Shown one piece after another: positions 1 to 9,104 of a DNA stretch of 64,000 nt. Origin of the DNA: Oscillospiraceae bacterium. GTDB taxonomy: Bacteria; Bacillota; Clostridia; Oscillospirales; CAG-272. Made by a program: the position numbers and the translations under genes. The notes under the pieces were generated by a model, which worked only from the letters and a program-made list of their open reading frames with translations, was not told the origin of the DNA and ran no database searches. The DNA is taken from the NCBI GenBank assembly GCA_015063955.1, contig SVTD01000003.1:3952-67951 (forward strand). Reading direction: 5' to 3'. Numbering within the stretch: position 1 is the stretch's first letter; each line of letters starts with the position of its first letter.

Positions 1-7
1 AACGGCG

Positions 8-505
8 GTGATCGCCACAAATACTGCCGCAAAGCGTGAGCTGATATCCGGGATCAAGACCTTCGTTCTCGTGGCGTCTGTTTTCATAAATATCGGAGTA
101 TGGCTTCTTGAGCAGTTCGTTCGTATCGATTTCGAGCTTCTTTCTCTTTCATACATTATGAGCGAGCTGTTTCTTCTCTGTCTTTTCCTGATGATAAGAG
201 ATGGTGATGATCAGAACGTCGAGGAGCCCGTAACAGCAGAATACGAAAAACAGGAGCAGATACCCACTCAAAAAGAGCGTGAAAACGAAACGTTCGTAAC
301 GTTCAAGGACGGTCTCTCAAAGCTTACTCCCACCGAAAAGGTGATATATGGCTATTATCTTGAAAAAAAGACCACCAAGGAAATAATGGCGATCCTGAAT
401 ATTACGGAAAACACCTTGAAATACCATAACAAAAATCTTTATTCAAAGCTCGGAGTATCCTCACGAAAGCGACTAATTGAGATCGCCGAAGAGCTTGATA
501 AGTAA
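8..505 (+). CDS. LuxR-family helix-turn-helix regulator with N-terminal membrane segments (probably truncated by the window edge)
   Basis: C-terminal LTPTEK...KEIMAILNITENTLKYHNKNLYSKLGVSSR matches the LuxR/GerE HTH pattern; hydrophobic stretches lie upstream. Confidence 0.8.
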   Translation: MIATNTAAKRELISGIKTFVLVASVFINIGVWLLEQFVRIDFELLSLSYIMSELFLLCLFLMIRDGDDQNVEEPVTAEYEKQEQIPTQKERENETFVTFKDGLSKLTPTEKVIYGYYLEKKTTKEIMAILNITENTLKYHNKNLYSKLGVSSRKRLIEIAEELDK

Positions 506-554
506 CCAAACCGGGGCTGTCGTTATCAAATAACGACAGCCTCTTTCTTATGTA

Positions 555-583
555 TTGATATTATCAAAAAACAGTGGTATACT
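555..583 (+). promoter_or_regulatory. sigma-A-like promoter of the beta-galactosidase gene
   Basis: TTGATA-17 bp-TATACT with extended TG; palindrome TTGATA-T-TATCAA overlaps the -35. Confidence 0.5.
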
Positions 584-610
584 GTAAACAGTAAAAACTG
601 AGGAGAAGCT

Positions 611-2374
611 ATGGGAATACTGACCTTTAACAACGGCAAATTTTATATGGATCAAAAGCCCTACACCGTAATGTCCGGTGCAATGCATTATTTCCGTATC
701 CCCCGCGAATACTGGCGCGACAGACTTTTGAAGCTTCTGGAATGCGGACTCAATACCGTAGAGACCTACACCCCCTGGAATCTTCACGAGCCGAGGGAGG
801 GGGAGTTTGATTTCTCGGGCAATCTGGATATTGAAGCGTATATTGATACGGCAGCATCTCTCGGGCTGAACGTTATCCTCCGTCCGGGGCCTTATATCTG
901 TGCCGAATGGGATATGGGCGGTCTGCCCTCCTGGCTCCTTACCTACGAAAAAATGTCTTTGAGATGCAACGATCCCGCATTTCTGTCTAAGGTAGAGCGG
1001 TATTACAAAGAGCTTCTTCCCCGTATCCGCCCCCGTCTTTCCACCAACGGCGGAAACGTTTTTATGCTCCAGATAGAAAACGAATACGGCAGCTTCGGCG
1101 ATGACAAGGAATACCTTCGCGCCGTTGCCGATATATACCGCAACGAAGGAATGGACTGCCTTCTCTTCACCTCGGACGGCCCCTGCCTTTCAATGCTTTC
1201 CGGCGGAAGCCTTGAGGGTTATCTGTGCACGAGCAACTTCGGCTCAAGACCTTGGGAGAATTTTCAGGCTGTCAGCGCCTTTCGCCCCGGCGAGCCCTCC
1301 ATGTGCTGTGAATACTGGTGCGGCTGGTTTGACCATTGGGGAGAGGAGCACCACGTCCGTCCCCCCGAGGAGGTAAGAGACGATATCCTTGAATTTACAA
1401 AGCTTTGTGCATCCTTTAATATTTATATGTTCCACGGCGGCACCAACTTTGCATTCACAAACGGAGCTAACCACGATAAGGGCTATCAGCCCACGGTAAC
1501 GAGCTACGATTACAACGCTCCTCTTTCCGAGGCGGGAGACAGAACGCCTCTTTACTATCAGATAAGAGAGATCATAAAAAAAAGCGGCGCTCCCGTGCCC
1601 GAAATGACGGCAAGAGACTCAAAAAAAGCGGCGTACGGCAAGGTGCGTCTTACAAGAAGGGCTTTGCTTTTTGACAACCTCGATAATCTTTCCAGACCTG
1701 TTTTCAGCCCCGAGCCCAAGGATATGGAGGAGCTTTTTCAGGACTTCGGATATATCCTTTACAGAACGAAGATGGCTCATCCCTCCGACGGATGGGAGCT
1801 GCATTTCGACCGCGTCAGCGACAGGGCGCAGATATTCGTAAACGGAGAGCTTCGGGGAATTGCAGAAAGACAGCGCCCCGAAAGTCTTGAAAGCACTCAT
1901 ATAGGTATCCCTCTTTCAAAGGGCGAGTCTGCAAGGCTCGATATTCTTTGTGAGAATATGGGCAGAGTGAATTACGGGCCGAAGATCCGCGATCCCAAGG
2001 GCATCAAGGGCGTAAGATTCGGAAATCAGTACCATTTCGGATGGGAGATGTATCCCCTTCCGATGAAGGATCTTTCCCGTCTTTGCTTTGAGGAAAGCGA
2101 TGCCATACCCGATTCACCCGCGTTTTTCGAGGGAAATCTAAGGATAGATGAAGAGCCCTGCGATACTTTCCTGCGGCTTGACGGCTTTACAAAGGGCTTC
2201 GTTACGGTAAACGGCACAAATATCGGAAGATATTTCAATCCTCCCGGACCGCAGAAGACGCTTTACGTTCCCGCCCCCTTCCTCAGAAAGGGTGACAACA
2301 GAATAATAGTATTTGAATCCGATAAAACCGACCGTCTTGAAATTGAGTTCACAGACAGTCACGACCTTGGATAG
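611..2374 (+). CDS. Beta-galactosidase, glycoside hydrolase family 35
   Basis: GH35 motifs SGAMHYFR, LRPGPYICAEW, QIENEYG, YMFHGGTNF, TSYDYNAP. Confidence 0.93.
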   Translation: MGILTFNNGKFYMDQKPYTVMSGAMHYFRIPREYWRDRLLKLLECGLNTVETYTPWNLHEPREGEFDFSGNLDIEAYIDTAASLGLNVILRPGPYICAEWDMGGLPSWLLTYEKMSLRCNDPAFLSKVERYYKELLPRIRPRLSTNGGNVFMLQIENEYGSFGDDKEYLRAVADIYRNEGMDCLLFTSDGPCLSMLSGGSLEGYLCTSNFGSRPWENFQAVSAFRPGEPSMCCEYWCGWFDHWGEEHHVRPPEEVRDDILEFTKLCASFNIYMFHGGTNFAFTNGANHDKGYQPTVTSYDYNAPLSEAGDRTPLYYQIREIIKKSGAPVPEMTARDSKKAAYGKVRLTRRALLFDNLDNLSRPVFSPEPKDMEELFQDFGYILYRTKMAHPSDGWELHFDRVSDRAQIFVNGELRGIAERQRPESLESTHIGIPLSKGESARLDILCENMGRVNYGPKIRDPKGIKGVRFGNQYHFGWEMYPLPMKDLSRLCFEESDAIPDSPAFFEGNLRIDEEPCDTFLRLDGFTKGFVTVNGTNIGRYFNPPGPQKTLYVPAPFLRKGDNRIIVFESDKTDRLEIEFTDSHDLG

Positions 2375-2400
2375 AAGAAAAAAAGAATAGAGAATAAATA

Positions 2401-2429
2401 TTGACACGGGGAAGGACTTATGTTATAAT
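2401..2429 (+). promoter_or_regulatory. sigma-A promoter of the lysine operon
   Basis: TTGACA (2401)-17 bp-TATAAT (2424) with extended TG. Confidence 0.85.
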
Positions 2430-2436
2430 TTGCTAT

Positions 2437-2597
2437 CGGTAGAGGTGCATTATGCCAAAAGTATTGCAGATGTAAGGGGTGACCGCCCGTTGTCTGTAAA
2501 AAAGGGGCAGGTGCCGAGGGCAGGCGGCGGTCTCGTCTGTGCCGGTTTGAGCGAATAAGATCGCTCCGACTGTCGCTTTTTTTGCGGAGAGCTATCT
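2437..2597 (+). ncRNA. Lysine riboswitch (L-box)
   Basis: Conserved blocks AGAGGTGC...AAAGGGG...GCCGAG...ACTGTC...GGAGAGCTA directly upstream of dapA-dapB-lysA. Confidence 0.9.
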
Positions 2598-2624
2598 GAC
2601 TATTCCCACACGGGGATTTTCGTT

Positions 2625-2648
2625 TGCCGACCGCTGTCGGCTTTTTTA
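2625..2648 (+). terminator. Intrinsic terminator of the riboswitch expression platform
   Basis: GCCGAC-cgct-GTCGGC followed by a T tract, between the aptamer and dapA. Confidence 0.75.
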
Positions 2649-2698
2649 ATTGCTTTTTGTTAATTTTGCATCGCCCTTCGGCGGAAAGGATATATATT

Positions 2699-3586
2699 AT
2701 GAAAAAGACTATTTTTAAGGGTATTGCAACTGCTCTTATCACCCCCTTCAACGAGGACGGTATCAACTACGATCAGTTCGGAAAGCTTATCGACTGGCAG
2801 ATAGATTCCGGTATCAACGCTCTTGTTATTGCAGGAACCACAGGTGAGGCCTCCACCCTTACCGACGATGAGCACCGCGATGCCATCGCATATGCGGTTA
2901 AGCGCGCAGGCGGACGCGTTCCGATCATTGCGGGAACCGGCTCAAACGACACAGGCTACGCTCTTGACCTTACAAGATGCGCGTGCGAGGCAGGTGCTGA
3001 CGCAGTTCTCGTAGTAACCCCCTACTACAACAAGGCAACTCAGAAGGGTCTCGTTAAGATGTTCACAGAGATCGCGGACAAGTCAACCGCTCCCGTTATC
3101 CTTTACAACGTTCCCTCCCGCACAGGCGTAAACATCGAGCCCGATACTTACCGTATTCTTGCAGATCACGAGAACATCGTCGGCATCAAGGAGGCAAACG
3201 GCAACCTTTCCAAGATCGTTGAGACAATGCACTACGTTCACGAGAAGCTTGACCTTTACTCCGGCAACGACGACCAGATCGTTCCCCTTATGTCTCTCGG
3301 CGGCGTTGGCGCCATCTCCGTTCTTTCCAACATCATGCCCCGCGAAACGGTTGAGATCTGCGACAAGTTCTTCGCAGGTGATATTGCAGGCGCTGCAAAG
3401 CTGCAGTACAAGTACCACTCCATTATCGACGCCCTCTTCTCCGAGGTCAACCCCATTCCCGTTAAGGCTGCTATGGCTAAGATGGGCTTTTGCGAAAATT
3501 CTCTCCGCCTTCCCCTTACCGAAATGGACGAGGCTAAGGCTGAGAAGATGTACGCAATCATGAGAGGTCACGGCCTTATCAAGTAA
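2699..3586 (+). CDS. dapA: 4-hydroxy-tetrahydrodipicolinate synthase
   Basis: GTTGE, PYYNK, LYNVPSRTG, GIKEA motifs; RBS GAAAGGA before ATG 2699. Confidence 0.96.
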   Translation: MKKTIFKGIATALITPFNEDGINYDQFGKLIDWQIDSGINALVIAGTTGEASTLTDDEHRDAIAYAVKRAGGRVPIIAGTGSNDTGYALDLTRCACEAGADAVLVVTPYYNKATQKGLVKMFTEIADKSTAPVILYNVPSRTGVNIEPDTYRILADHENIVGIKEANGNLSKIVETMHYVHEKLDLYSGNDDQIVPLMSLGGVGAISVLSNIMPRETVEICDKFFAGDIAGAAKLQYKYHSIIDALFSEVNPIPVKAAMAKMGFCENSLRLPLTEMDEAKAEKMYAIMRGHGLIK

Positions 3587-3596
3587 GAGGTGAAAT

Positions 3597-4328
3597 ATGA
3601 ACGTAATTCTTTACGGTGCAGGCGGTAGAATGGGCAAGGAGGTCAACGCTCTCATCGAGGCGAGCGATAACTGTACTCTCTGTGCCGCTGTTGACAAGAT
3701 AAGCGAGGATGTTGCTCTTCACGACCTTGCAGACTATCAGGGCGATGCCGACGTAATCATCGACTTTTCCCACCACTCCCTGACAAAGGAAGTTATTGCA
3801 TACGCTATAAGCCGTTCTCTTCCCCTCGTTATGTGCACAACAGGTCACACCGAGGAGGAAAAGGCGCTGATATTTGAGGCGGCAAAGTCTATTCCCGTAT
3901 TCTACTCCGCCAATATGTCTCTCGGCATTGCAACGCTCTGCGATTTTGCCCGCCGTGCCGCAGCTCTTTTCCCCGATGCGGACATTGAGATCGTAGAGGC
4001 TCATCACAACCGCAAGCTGGATGCCCCCAGCGGCACCGCTCTTATGATCGCCGATACAATTAAAGAGGTGCGCCCCGAGGCTCAGTACGTTTTCGGCCGC
4101 CACGGTATGGCAAAGCGTGCCCCCGAGGAGATCGGCATCCACTCTCTCAGATGCGGAAACGAGCCCGGTATGCACGAGGTCATCATCTCCACAGACTATC
4201 AGTGCCTCTCCCTCAAGCATAACGCAGAGTCAAGAGCCGTGTTTGCAGAGGGCGCACTTTCTGCGGCTAAGTTCATAAACCGCCGCATTGCAGGACTTTA
4301 CAATATGTACAGCCTTATCGATGGCTGA
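3597..4328 (+). CDS. dapB: 4-hydroxy-tetrahydrodipicolinate reductase
   Basis: GAGGRMG Rossmann motif and EAHHNRKLDAPSGTA signature. Confidence 0.96.
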   Translation: MNVILYGAGGRMGKEVNALIEASDNCTLCAAVDKISEDVALHDLADYQGDADVIIDFSHHSLTKEVIAYAISRSLPLVMCTTGHTEEEKALIFEAAKSIPVFYSANMSLGIATLCDFARRAAALFPDADIEIVEAHHNRKLDAPSGTALMIADTIKEVRPEAQYVFGRHGMAKRAPEEIGIHSLRCGNEPGMHEVIISTDYQCLSLKHNAESRAVFAEGALSAAKFINRRIAGLYNMYSLIDG

Positions 4329-4338
4329 CGAGGAAATT

Positions 4339-5634
4339 ATGCTACACACTAATCTTTCAATAAACGAAAAAGGTCACCTTTGCCTTGCAGGGCAGGACGT
4401 TTGCGACCTTGCAGAAAAGCACGGCACTCCCCTTTTCCTTATGGATGAGGAGCGTATCCGCTCCAATGCGAGGACCTATATCGACGCTATGGCGGAGTTT
4501 ATGCCCGAGGGCAGCCGCCCCCTTCTTGCAAGCAAGTCCTGCTGCTTCAAAAAGCTTTACTCCATCGTTGCAGAGGAGGGTATGGGAACAGACCTTGTTT
4601 CCCCCGGCGAGCTTTACACGGCGGCGGCGGCAGGGTTCCCCCTGGAAAACGCCTTTTTCCACGGAAACAATAAGACGGACGCCGATATTGCTTACGCTAT
4701 CGACTCCGGCGTCGGCTACTTCGTGGTGGACAACCGCGAGGAGCTTGATTCCGTAAACGAAACGGCAGGAAAAAAGGGTATCACACAAAATATCCTCCTC
4801 CGTCTCTCCCCCGGAATCGACCCTCATACCCAGAAAAAGATCTCCACGGGCAAGGTAGACTCAAAGTTCGGTACTGCTATAGAGACGGGACAGGCGCTTG
4901 AGATGTGCCGCTACGCACTCACCCTTAAAAACGTTTCCCTCAAGGGCTTCCACTGCCATATCGGCTCTCAGATATTCGAGTACGAGTCCTTTGCCGATGC
5001 GGCAGAGATCATGCTCCGCTTTATCCGCACACTTTTCGACGACTGCGGCTTCACCACCGAAATGCTCAACCTCGGCGGCGGCTTCGGCGTGCGCTACGTT
5101 GAGTCTGACCCCATTATCGACTACCGCGAAAATATCAAGGGTCTTGCAGGCGAGATCAAGAGAATTTGCCGTGAGCTTTCAATAAAGGAGCCCGCAATTC
5201 TTATGGAGCCCGGACGAAGCATCGTTGCTGATTCCGGTCTGACAGTCTATTCCGTAGGAAGCGTCAAGACCATAACGGGCTACAAGAGCTACGTATCCGT
5301 TGACGGCGGTATGCCCGACAACCCCCGCTACGCTCTTTACGAGTCCGATTACACCTGCCTTATCGCAAACAAGGCAGACCGCGAGCCTGATTTCTCGGCA
5401 ACCGTTGCGGGACGCTGCTGCGAAAGCGGCGACCTTATTCAGGAGGACGTGATGCTTACACGTCCCGAGCGCGGCGATTATCTTGCAGTCCTCGTAACAG
5501 GCGCATATAATTTCTCCATGGCCTCAAACTATAACCGCATCCCCCGTCCTCCCGTGGTCATGCTTCGGGACGGCGAGAGCTACGTTGCGGTAAAGCGCGA
5601 GACCTATGAGGATCTTTTAAGAAACGATATGTAA
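4339..5634 (+). CDS. lysA: Diaminopimelate decarboxylase
   Basis: SKFG, HCHIGSQ, EPGRS, CCESGD, GAYNFSMASNYN motifs; start chosen after RBS GAGGA. Confidence 0.95.
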   Translation: MLHTNLSINEKGHLCLAGQDVCDLAEKHGTPLFLMDEERIRSNARTYIDAMAEFMPEGSRPLLASKSCCFKKLYSIVAEEGMGTDLVSPGELYTAAAAGFPLENAFFHGNNKTDADIAYAIDSGVGYFVVDNREELDSVNETAGKKGITQNILLRLSPGIDPHTQKKISTGKVDSKFGTAIETGQALEMCRYALTLKNVSLKGFHCHIGSQIFEYESFADAAEIMLRFIRTLFDDCGFTTEMLNLGGGFGVRYVESDPIIDYRENIKGLAGEIKRICRELSIKEPAILMEPGRSIVADSGLTVYSVGSVKTITGYKSYVSVDGGMPDNPRYALYESDYTCLIANKADREPDFSATVAGRCCESGDLIQEDVMLTRPERGDYLAVLVTGAYNFSMASNYNRIPRPPVVMLRDGESYVAVKRETYEDLLRNDM

Positions 5635-5672
5635 GCCGTTAGTCTTACGAATCTAAAGAATTGGTGTTAATT

Positions 5673-6527
5673 ATGAACTTTTGTCCGAATTGTAATACTC
5701 CTGCAGGCGAAAACCACACGTTCTGCGCATCCTGCGGAGCAAGCCTGATAAAAGAGACACAACAGCCGAAGGCTCCCCATTGCCCAAATTGCGGAGCTGA
5801 AGTTGGCGATAATCATTCCTTCTGTCCTTTTTGCGGTACTGAAGTGGCGAAGCCGCAACCCCGTCTGTGTCCAAACTGCGGCGCCGCGGCTGAGGGTAAT
5901 CACACCTTCTGCCCCTTCTGCGGCACGGGGCTCAACGCAGCCCCCAAAAGACCTGCCGGAGGAGAATCCATAACCTGTCCTAACTGTGACTCAATAGTAA
6001 GACCGTATAACGGTCTTTGCCCCTTCTGCGGAACAGAGCTTCTTTCTCCCGCATATAAAACGAATCCCACGCCCCGTCCCTCAGCTGCTGAAAAAAACAG
6101 ACATAAGCTCCATTGTCCTTCCTGCAAATCGAATAATCTTGACAATGCCACAGAATCAAACGTAAGCGCCGGAATGGGAATCACCAAAGGCAATTATACC
6201 GGAATGGTTTTTAGCAACGAGCATAAGCATTACTGGATCTGCCGAGACTGCGGAGAAAAATTCAGAAATATCCAGAGCCTTGAGGAAGAGATCAAAAGCG
6301 AGAGCTTTGTTCCCAATTGTTGCAAGGTTTGCTTCTTTTTTATGCTGTTTGCCGTTCTGTTTTTCGGATTTACGGCAATGGCTATGCAGATCGAGATCCT
6401 TCGGTACTGTACCGTGTTTGCACTGGTAGGCTGCGCCATCACACTCCTTTTGTGGGCGGTTTTTGCAAAACACGTGAATAAGCTCAAGGACGAGCTTGAT
6501 TACCTTAAAACAGAATGCTTTAATTAA
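5673..6527 (+). CDS. Multi zinc-ribbon membrane protein
   Basis: Four CPNC-x10-CxxCG repeats, a fifth CxxC/CxxC pair and two C-terminal hydrophobic helices. Confidence 0.75.
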   Translation: MNFCPNCNTPAGENHTFCASCGASLIKETQQPKAPHCPNCGAEVGDNHSFCPFCGTEVAKPQPRLCPNCGAAAEGNHTFCPFCGTGLNAAPKRPAGGESITCPNCDSIVRPYNGLCPFCGTELLSPAYKTNPTPRPSAAEKNRHKLHCPSCKSNNLDNATESNVSAGMGITKGNYTGMVFSNEHKHYWICRDCGEKFRNIQSLEEEIKSESFVPNCCKVCFFFMLFAVLFFGFTAMAMQIEILRYCTVFALVGCAITLLLWAVFAKHVNKLKDELDYLKTECFN

Positions 6528-6678
6528 AGAATCAAGGCTGTTGTATTCCCACAACAGCCTTTACTCTGTCAAAAGACACCTGTCTTCGCTAAAATCACCC
6601 GATATGTTCGGGAACTATATCCAATCATCAGCAAATCATAAATGATTTTTCCTTATTTCGTATTAAAAAAGCAGGGAG

Positions 6679-7392
6679 ATGATGAACATTAAGAAAATAA
6701 AGGCCTATCTCGGCTTTGAGGTGCTTATGATCGTTTCGGTGGTCGGACTGAATATAGCGTTCTTTTTCGATCATGCCGCAGAGGCGATCATTTTTAAATC
6801 GGCTGCCGGTCTGTTTTTCGTTGCGGCAGGCTTGTGCGGATACCTGCAAAATAAAGATAACCGTGCCTTTTTCCGCCCGGTATTTATCGCAATTCTTTGC
6901 TGTATGGCAGGGGACGTATTCCTTGCCCTTGATAGCGACGGACTTCTTTTTCTCCTTGGCGTAGTAAGCTTTGGTGCTGCCCACGTACTGTTTTCCGTTG
7001 CCTTTTGCAAAAAGTCTCCCGTAAAAAAAACAGATATTGTCGCCGCGGCCGTGCTGCTGCTTGGATTCACACTAAGCCTGTTTTTCGTTGATCTTGAATT
7101 CAGGGGGCTGCTCCCGGTCGTTATCCTGTATGCGGCGATCATTGCTTTTATGGCAATAAAGGCGCTGTCTCTGTGGCCATACCGCAAAGAAGAGCCTGCC
7201 TGCATAAAGCTGCTGACCGTCGGGGGAGTTTTGTTTCTCATCTCGGATCTTGTGCTTCTGTTCTGGCTGTTCGGAACTGATCCCCAAAAGCCCGTCCAGT
7301 CTGTAAACTGGGTGCTCTACTATTCATCACAGCTCTGCACCACCGCCGCACTTAACGAATACGTAAGCGTTACATCAAATCAAAAAGCGTGA
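6679..7392 (+). CDS. YhhN / lysoplasmalogenase-family membrane protein
   Basis: Multi-TM protein with GDVFL, F..AH, LFLISD and terminal YYSSQ motifs. Confidence 0.8.
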   Translation: MMNIKKIKAYLGFEVLMIVSVVGLNIAFFFDHAAEAIIFKSAAGLFFVAAGLCGYLQNKDNRAFFRPVFIAILCCMAGDVFLALDSDGLLFLLGVVSFGAAHVLFSVAFCKKSPVKKTDIVAAAVLLLGFTLSLFFVDLEFRGLLPVVILYAAIIAFMAIKALSLWPYRKEEPACIKLLTVGGVLFLISDLVLLFWLFGTDPQKPVQSVNWVLYYSSQLCTTAALNEYVSVTSNQKA

Positions 7393-7416
7393 GCCCATCA
7401 AAGGCTCACGCTTTTT
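7382..7416. terminator. Bidirectional intrinsic terminator
   Basis: AAAAAGCGTGAGCC-7 nt-GGCTCACGCTTTTT between the yhhN-like gene and spoIVB 3' copy 1. Confidence 0.8.
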
Positions 7417-7417
7417 C

Positions 7418-7540
7418 TTACCCCGCCGCGTCCATCATATTCTCGATAAATATCCCATACCCGCGGCAGGGATCGGATACGAGGACGCGGATGACGGCGC
7501 CGATAAGCTTTCCGTCCTGCACTACGGGAGAGCCTGACAC
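7418..7540 (-). pseudogene. Displaced spoIVB 3' end, copy 1 (SGSPVVQDGKLIGAVIRVLVSDPCRGYGIFIENMMDAAG*)
   Basis: Near-identical to 10226-10345; homology stops at the GMSGSP Ser codon. Confidence 0.9.
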
Positions 7541-7559
7541 GAGTGTGTCAATATAGGAC
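7514..7559. mobile_element. Putative att recombination site 1 (46-bp imperfect dyad)
   Basis: GTCCTGCACTA...GA(7536-7537)...CAATATAGGAC; the non-coding arm is shared with 8305-8350. Confidence 0.65.
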
Positions 7560-7566
7560 CAACAAA

Positions 7567-8124
7567 TCAGGAAGCAGAATCGTCATCATTTTCCTTGTTT
7601 TCACGCAGATATTTTTGCCAGGCTTCAGTATATCGACATTCCCATTTTACAGTGGTGATTGCGCTATAATTGATTTCCCAGCCATCATCCCAAACACCGT
7701 TTGCATCAAAGGACTTGAAATGAAGCTTGTTTTTAAGGGCTTTTTCCACAACGCCAATTAAGAATTTATCCTCTATCTCATCTTCAATAATTACGAAGCA
7801 ACCCATTTCCTTGAGGGAAGAAAAAATGCTTTGCCAACTGGAAATATCCACCTGCGGCATTTTGATTTTCTCGTGAGTGCCATTGAATTTGTTGATGATA
7901 TTACATAGATCGTCTTTAATCTCAACTTTCTTCAATTGCGATATCTTTCGTATGCAATAACCGTCCAAAATAAAATCGTCTTCTTCCTGTCCTAACAGAA
8001 ATTTATCGTTTACGGCATTCGGGTAGTAATAGTGGTAGTTCTTATCGTAACTAAAGTAACAACGACAAATTTCCGTTTCCGAGATCCCTCTGCTTATAAT
8101 ATCTATTTTTTCTTGCTTCTTCAT
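7567..8124 (-). CDS. Hypothetical protein, cargo of cassette A
   Basis: 185-aa ORF with RBS AAGGCGGTGA; visibly AT-richer than flanking housekeeping genes; family not recognised. Confidence 0.75.
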   Translation of the reverse strand: MKKQEKIDIISRGISETEICRCYFSYDKNYHYYYPNAVNDKFLLGQEEDDFILDGYCIRKISQLKKVEIKDDLCNIINKFNGTHEKIKMPQVDISSWQSIFSSLKEMGCFVIIEDEIEDKFLIGVVEKALKNKLHFKSFDANGVWDDGWEINYSAITTVKWECRYTEAWQKYLRENKENDDDSAS

Positions 8125-8174
8125 ATTTTCACCGCCTTTTCTTTAATTATAGCACAAGGTGGTGAAATAGCAAT

Positions 8175-8203
8175 AAAAAACAGGCGGGAATTTACTCCCG
8201 CCT
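8175..8203 (-). terminator. Terminator after spoIVB 3' copy 2
   Basis: AGGCGGGA/TCCCGCCT hairpin with a minus-strand T tract. Confidence 0.7.
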
Positions 8204-8208
8204 TATGA

Positions 8209-8331
8209 TCATGATGCCGCATCCATCATATTTTCTACAAAAATTCCGTAGCCCTTAGTAGGATCGGAGACGAGGACGTGGGTGACGGCGCCGACGAGCT
8301 TTCCGTCCTGCACTACGGGAGAGCCTGACAC
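8209..8331 (-). pseudogene. Displaced spoIVB 3' end, copy 2 (SGSPVVQDGKLVGAVTHVLVSDPTKGYGIFVENMMDAAS*)
   Basis: Same length and frame as the native spoIVB tail, with synonymous and conservative differences. Confidence 0.9.
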
Positions 8332-8350
8332 GGACGTGTCAATATAGGAC
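8305..8350. mobile_element. Putative att recombination site 2 (46-bp imperfect dyad)
   Basis: GTCCTGCACTA...GA(8327-8328)...CAATATAGGAC, same architecture as 7514-7559. Confidence 0.65.
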
Positions 8351-8369
8351 CAACACACGTCTGTTAATT

Positions 8370-8807
8370 TTAGGTGTTTACGGGTTCTCCGTATTCACGC
8401 TTCATCGCATCTACGGAAACGATCCACTGCTTACCGAATTTGCAAACATCAACACCGTTTACAAGCTTTCCGTATGAGATCGCCTTTCTCAGCGTGCTCT
8501 CGTTAAGATTCCATAAGAACGTGGCATCGCTGAAGGCCATAAGTCCGTCAAAGGGTGTTTCTATCGTTTTTCCGTTGGCCCACAGTTCATCGCAGGAAAT
8601 GTCTATATCATCATTCCAGACGATTCCGTATCCGCCCTGATCTACCGTAACGTTATAAAACAAGGAACGGTCCTCCTTAAGGGGAGAAAACATTTTGTAT
8701 TTTTCAAAAAGCTGACCAACTTCATACACCTTGGTAACACCCTCTGAAAACTGAATGGTGAGCCTGTACTCAGGCAGCGCAGTTACACTTTTAACCTTAT
8801 GAAACAT
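8370..8807 (-). CDS. DUF2442-type antitoxin with C-terminal HTH
   Basis: KVKSV..LPEYRLTIQFSEG...GYGIVWNDDIDIS..ELW pattern followed by a short HTH; downstream partner of a DUF4160 gene. Confidence 0.8.
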   Translation of the reverse strand: MFHKVKSVTALPEYRLTIQFSEGVTKVYEVGQLFEKYKMFSPLKEDRSLFYNVTVDQGGYGIVWNDDIDISCDELWANGKTIETPFDGLMAFSDATFLWNLNESTLRKAISYGKLVNGVDVCKFGKQWIVSVDAMKREYGEPVNT

Positions 8808-8817
8808 AAATTCCTCC

Positions 8818-9072
8818 TTATTCCAAAGGACTAAGAGCTATAAACTCCTGTGTTTCCCAGATCTTCATAAGCTCATCTCTGTGAAGATCATTCCACTCAA
8901 GAACCATTTCAAGCGCCTTTCGCGGCAATTCACCCTCAAGCACCTTTCCGTCCTGAATACATATTGCCGCCATATGTTCACCGTATATTGCGTGAAAATG
9001 GGGCGGATTGTGTTCCGATTGCTGAAAATACATTCTGATTATTATTCCGTAAAACCGCGCAAGCACAGGCAT
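8818..9072 (-). CDS. DUF4160-type toxin
   Basis: MPVLARFYGIIIRMY...EHNPPHFHAIY signature. Confidence 0.85.
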   Translation of the reverse strand: MPVLARFYGIIIRMYFQQSEHNPPHFHAIYGEHMAAICIQDGKVLEGELPRKALEMVLEWNDLHRDELMKIWETQEFIALSPLE

Positions 9073-9104
9073 TGTGACACCGCTCCTTTCTATTCTTCAA
9101 CCTA

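Noticed and set aside
6563-6630. Possible third att arm downstream of the yhhN-like gene (CTGTCAAAAGACACC)
   Set aside because: Only a 5-bp match to the arm and no spoIVB tail, so the yhhN-like gene cannot be called a cassette
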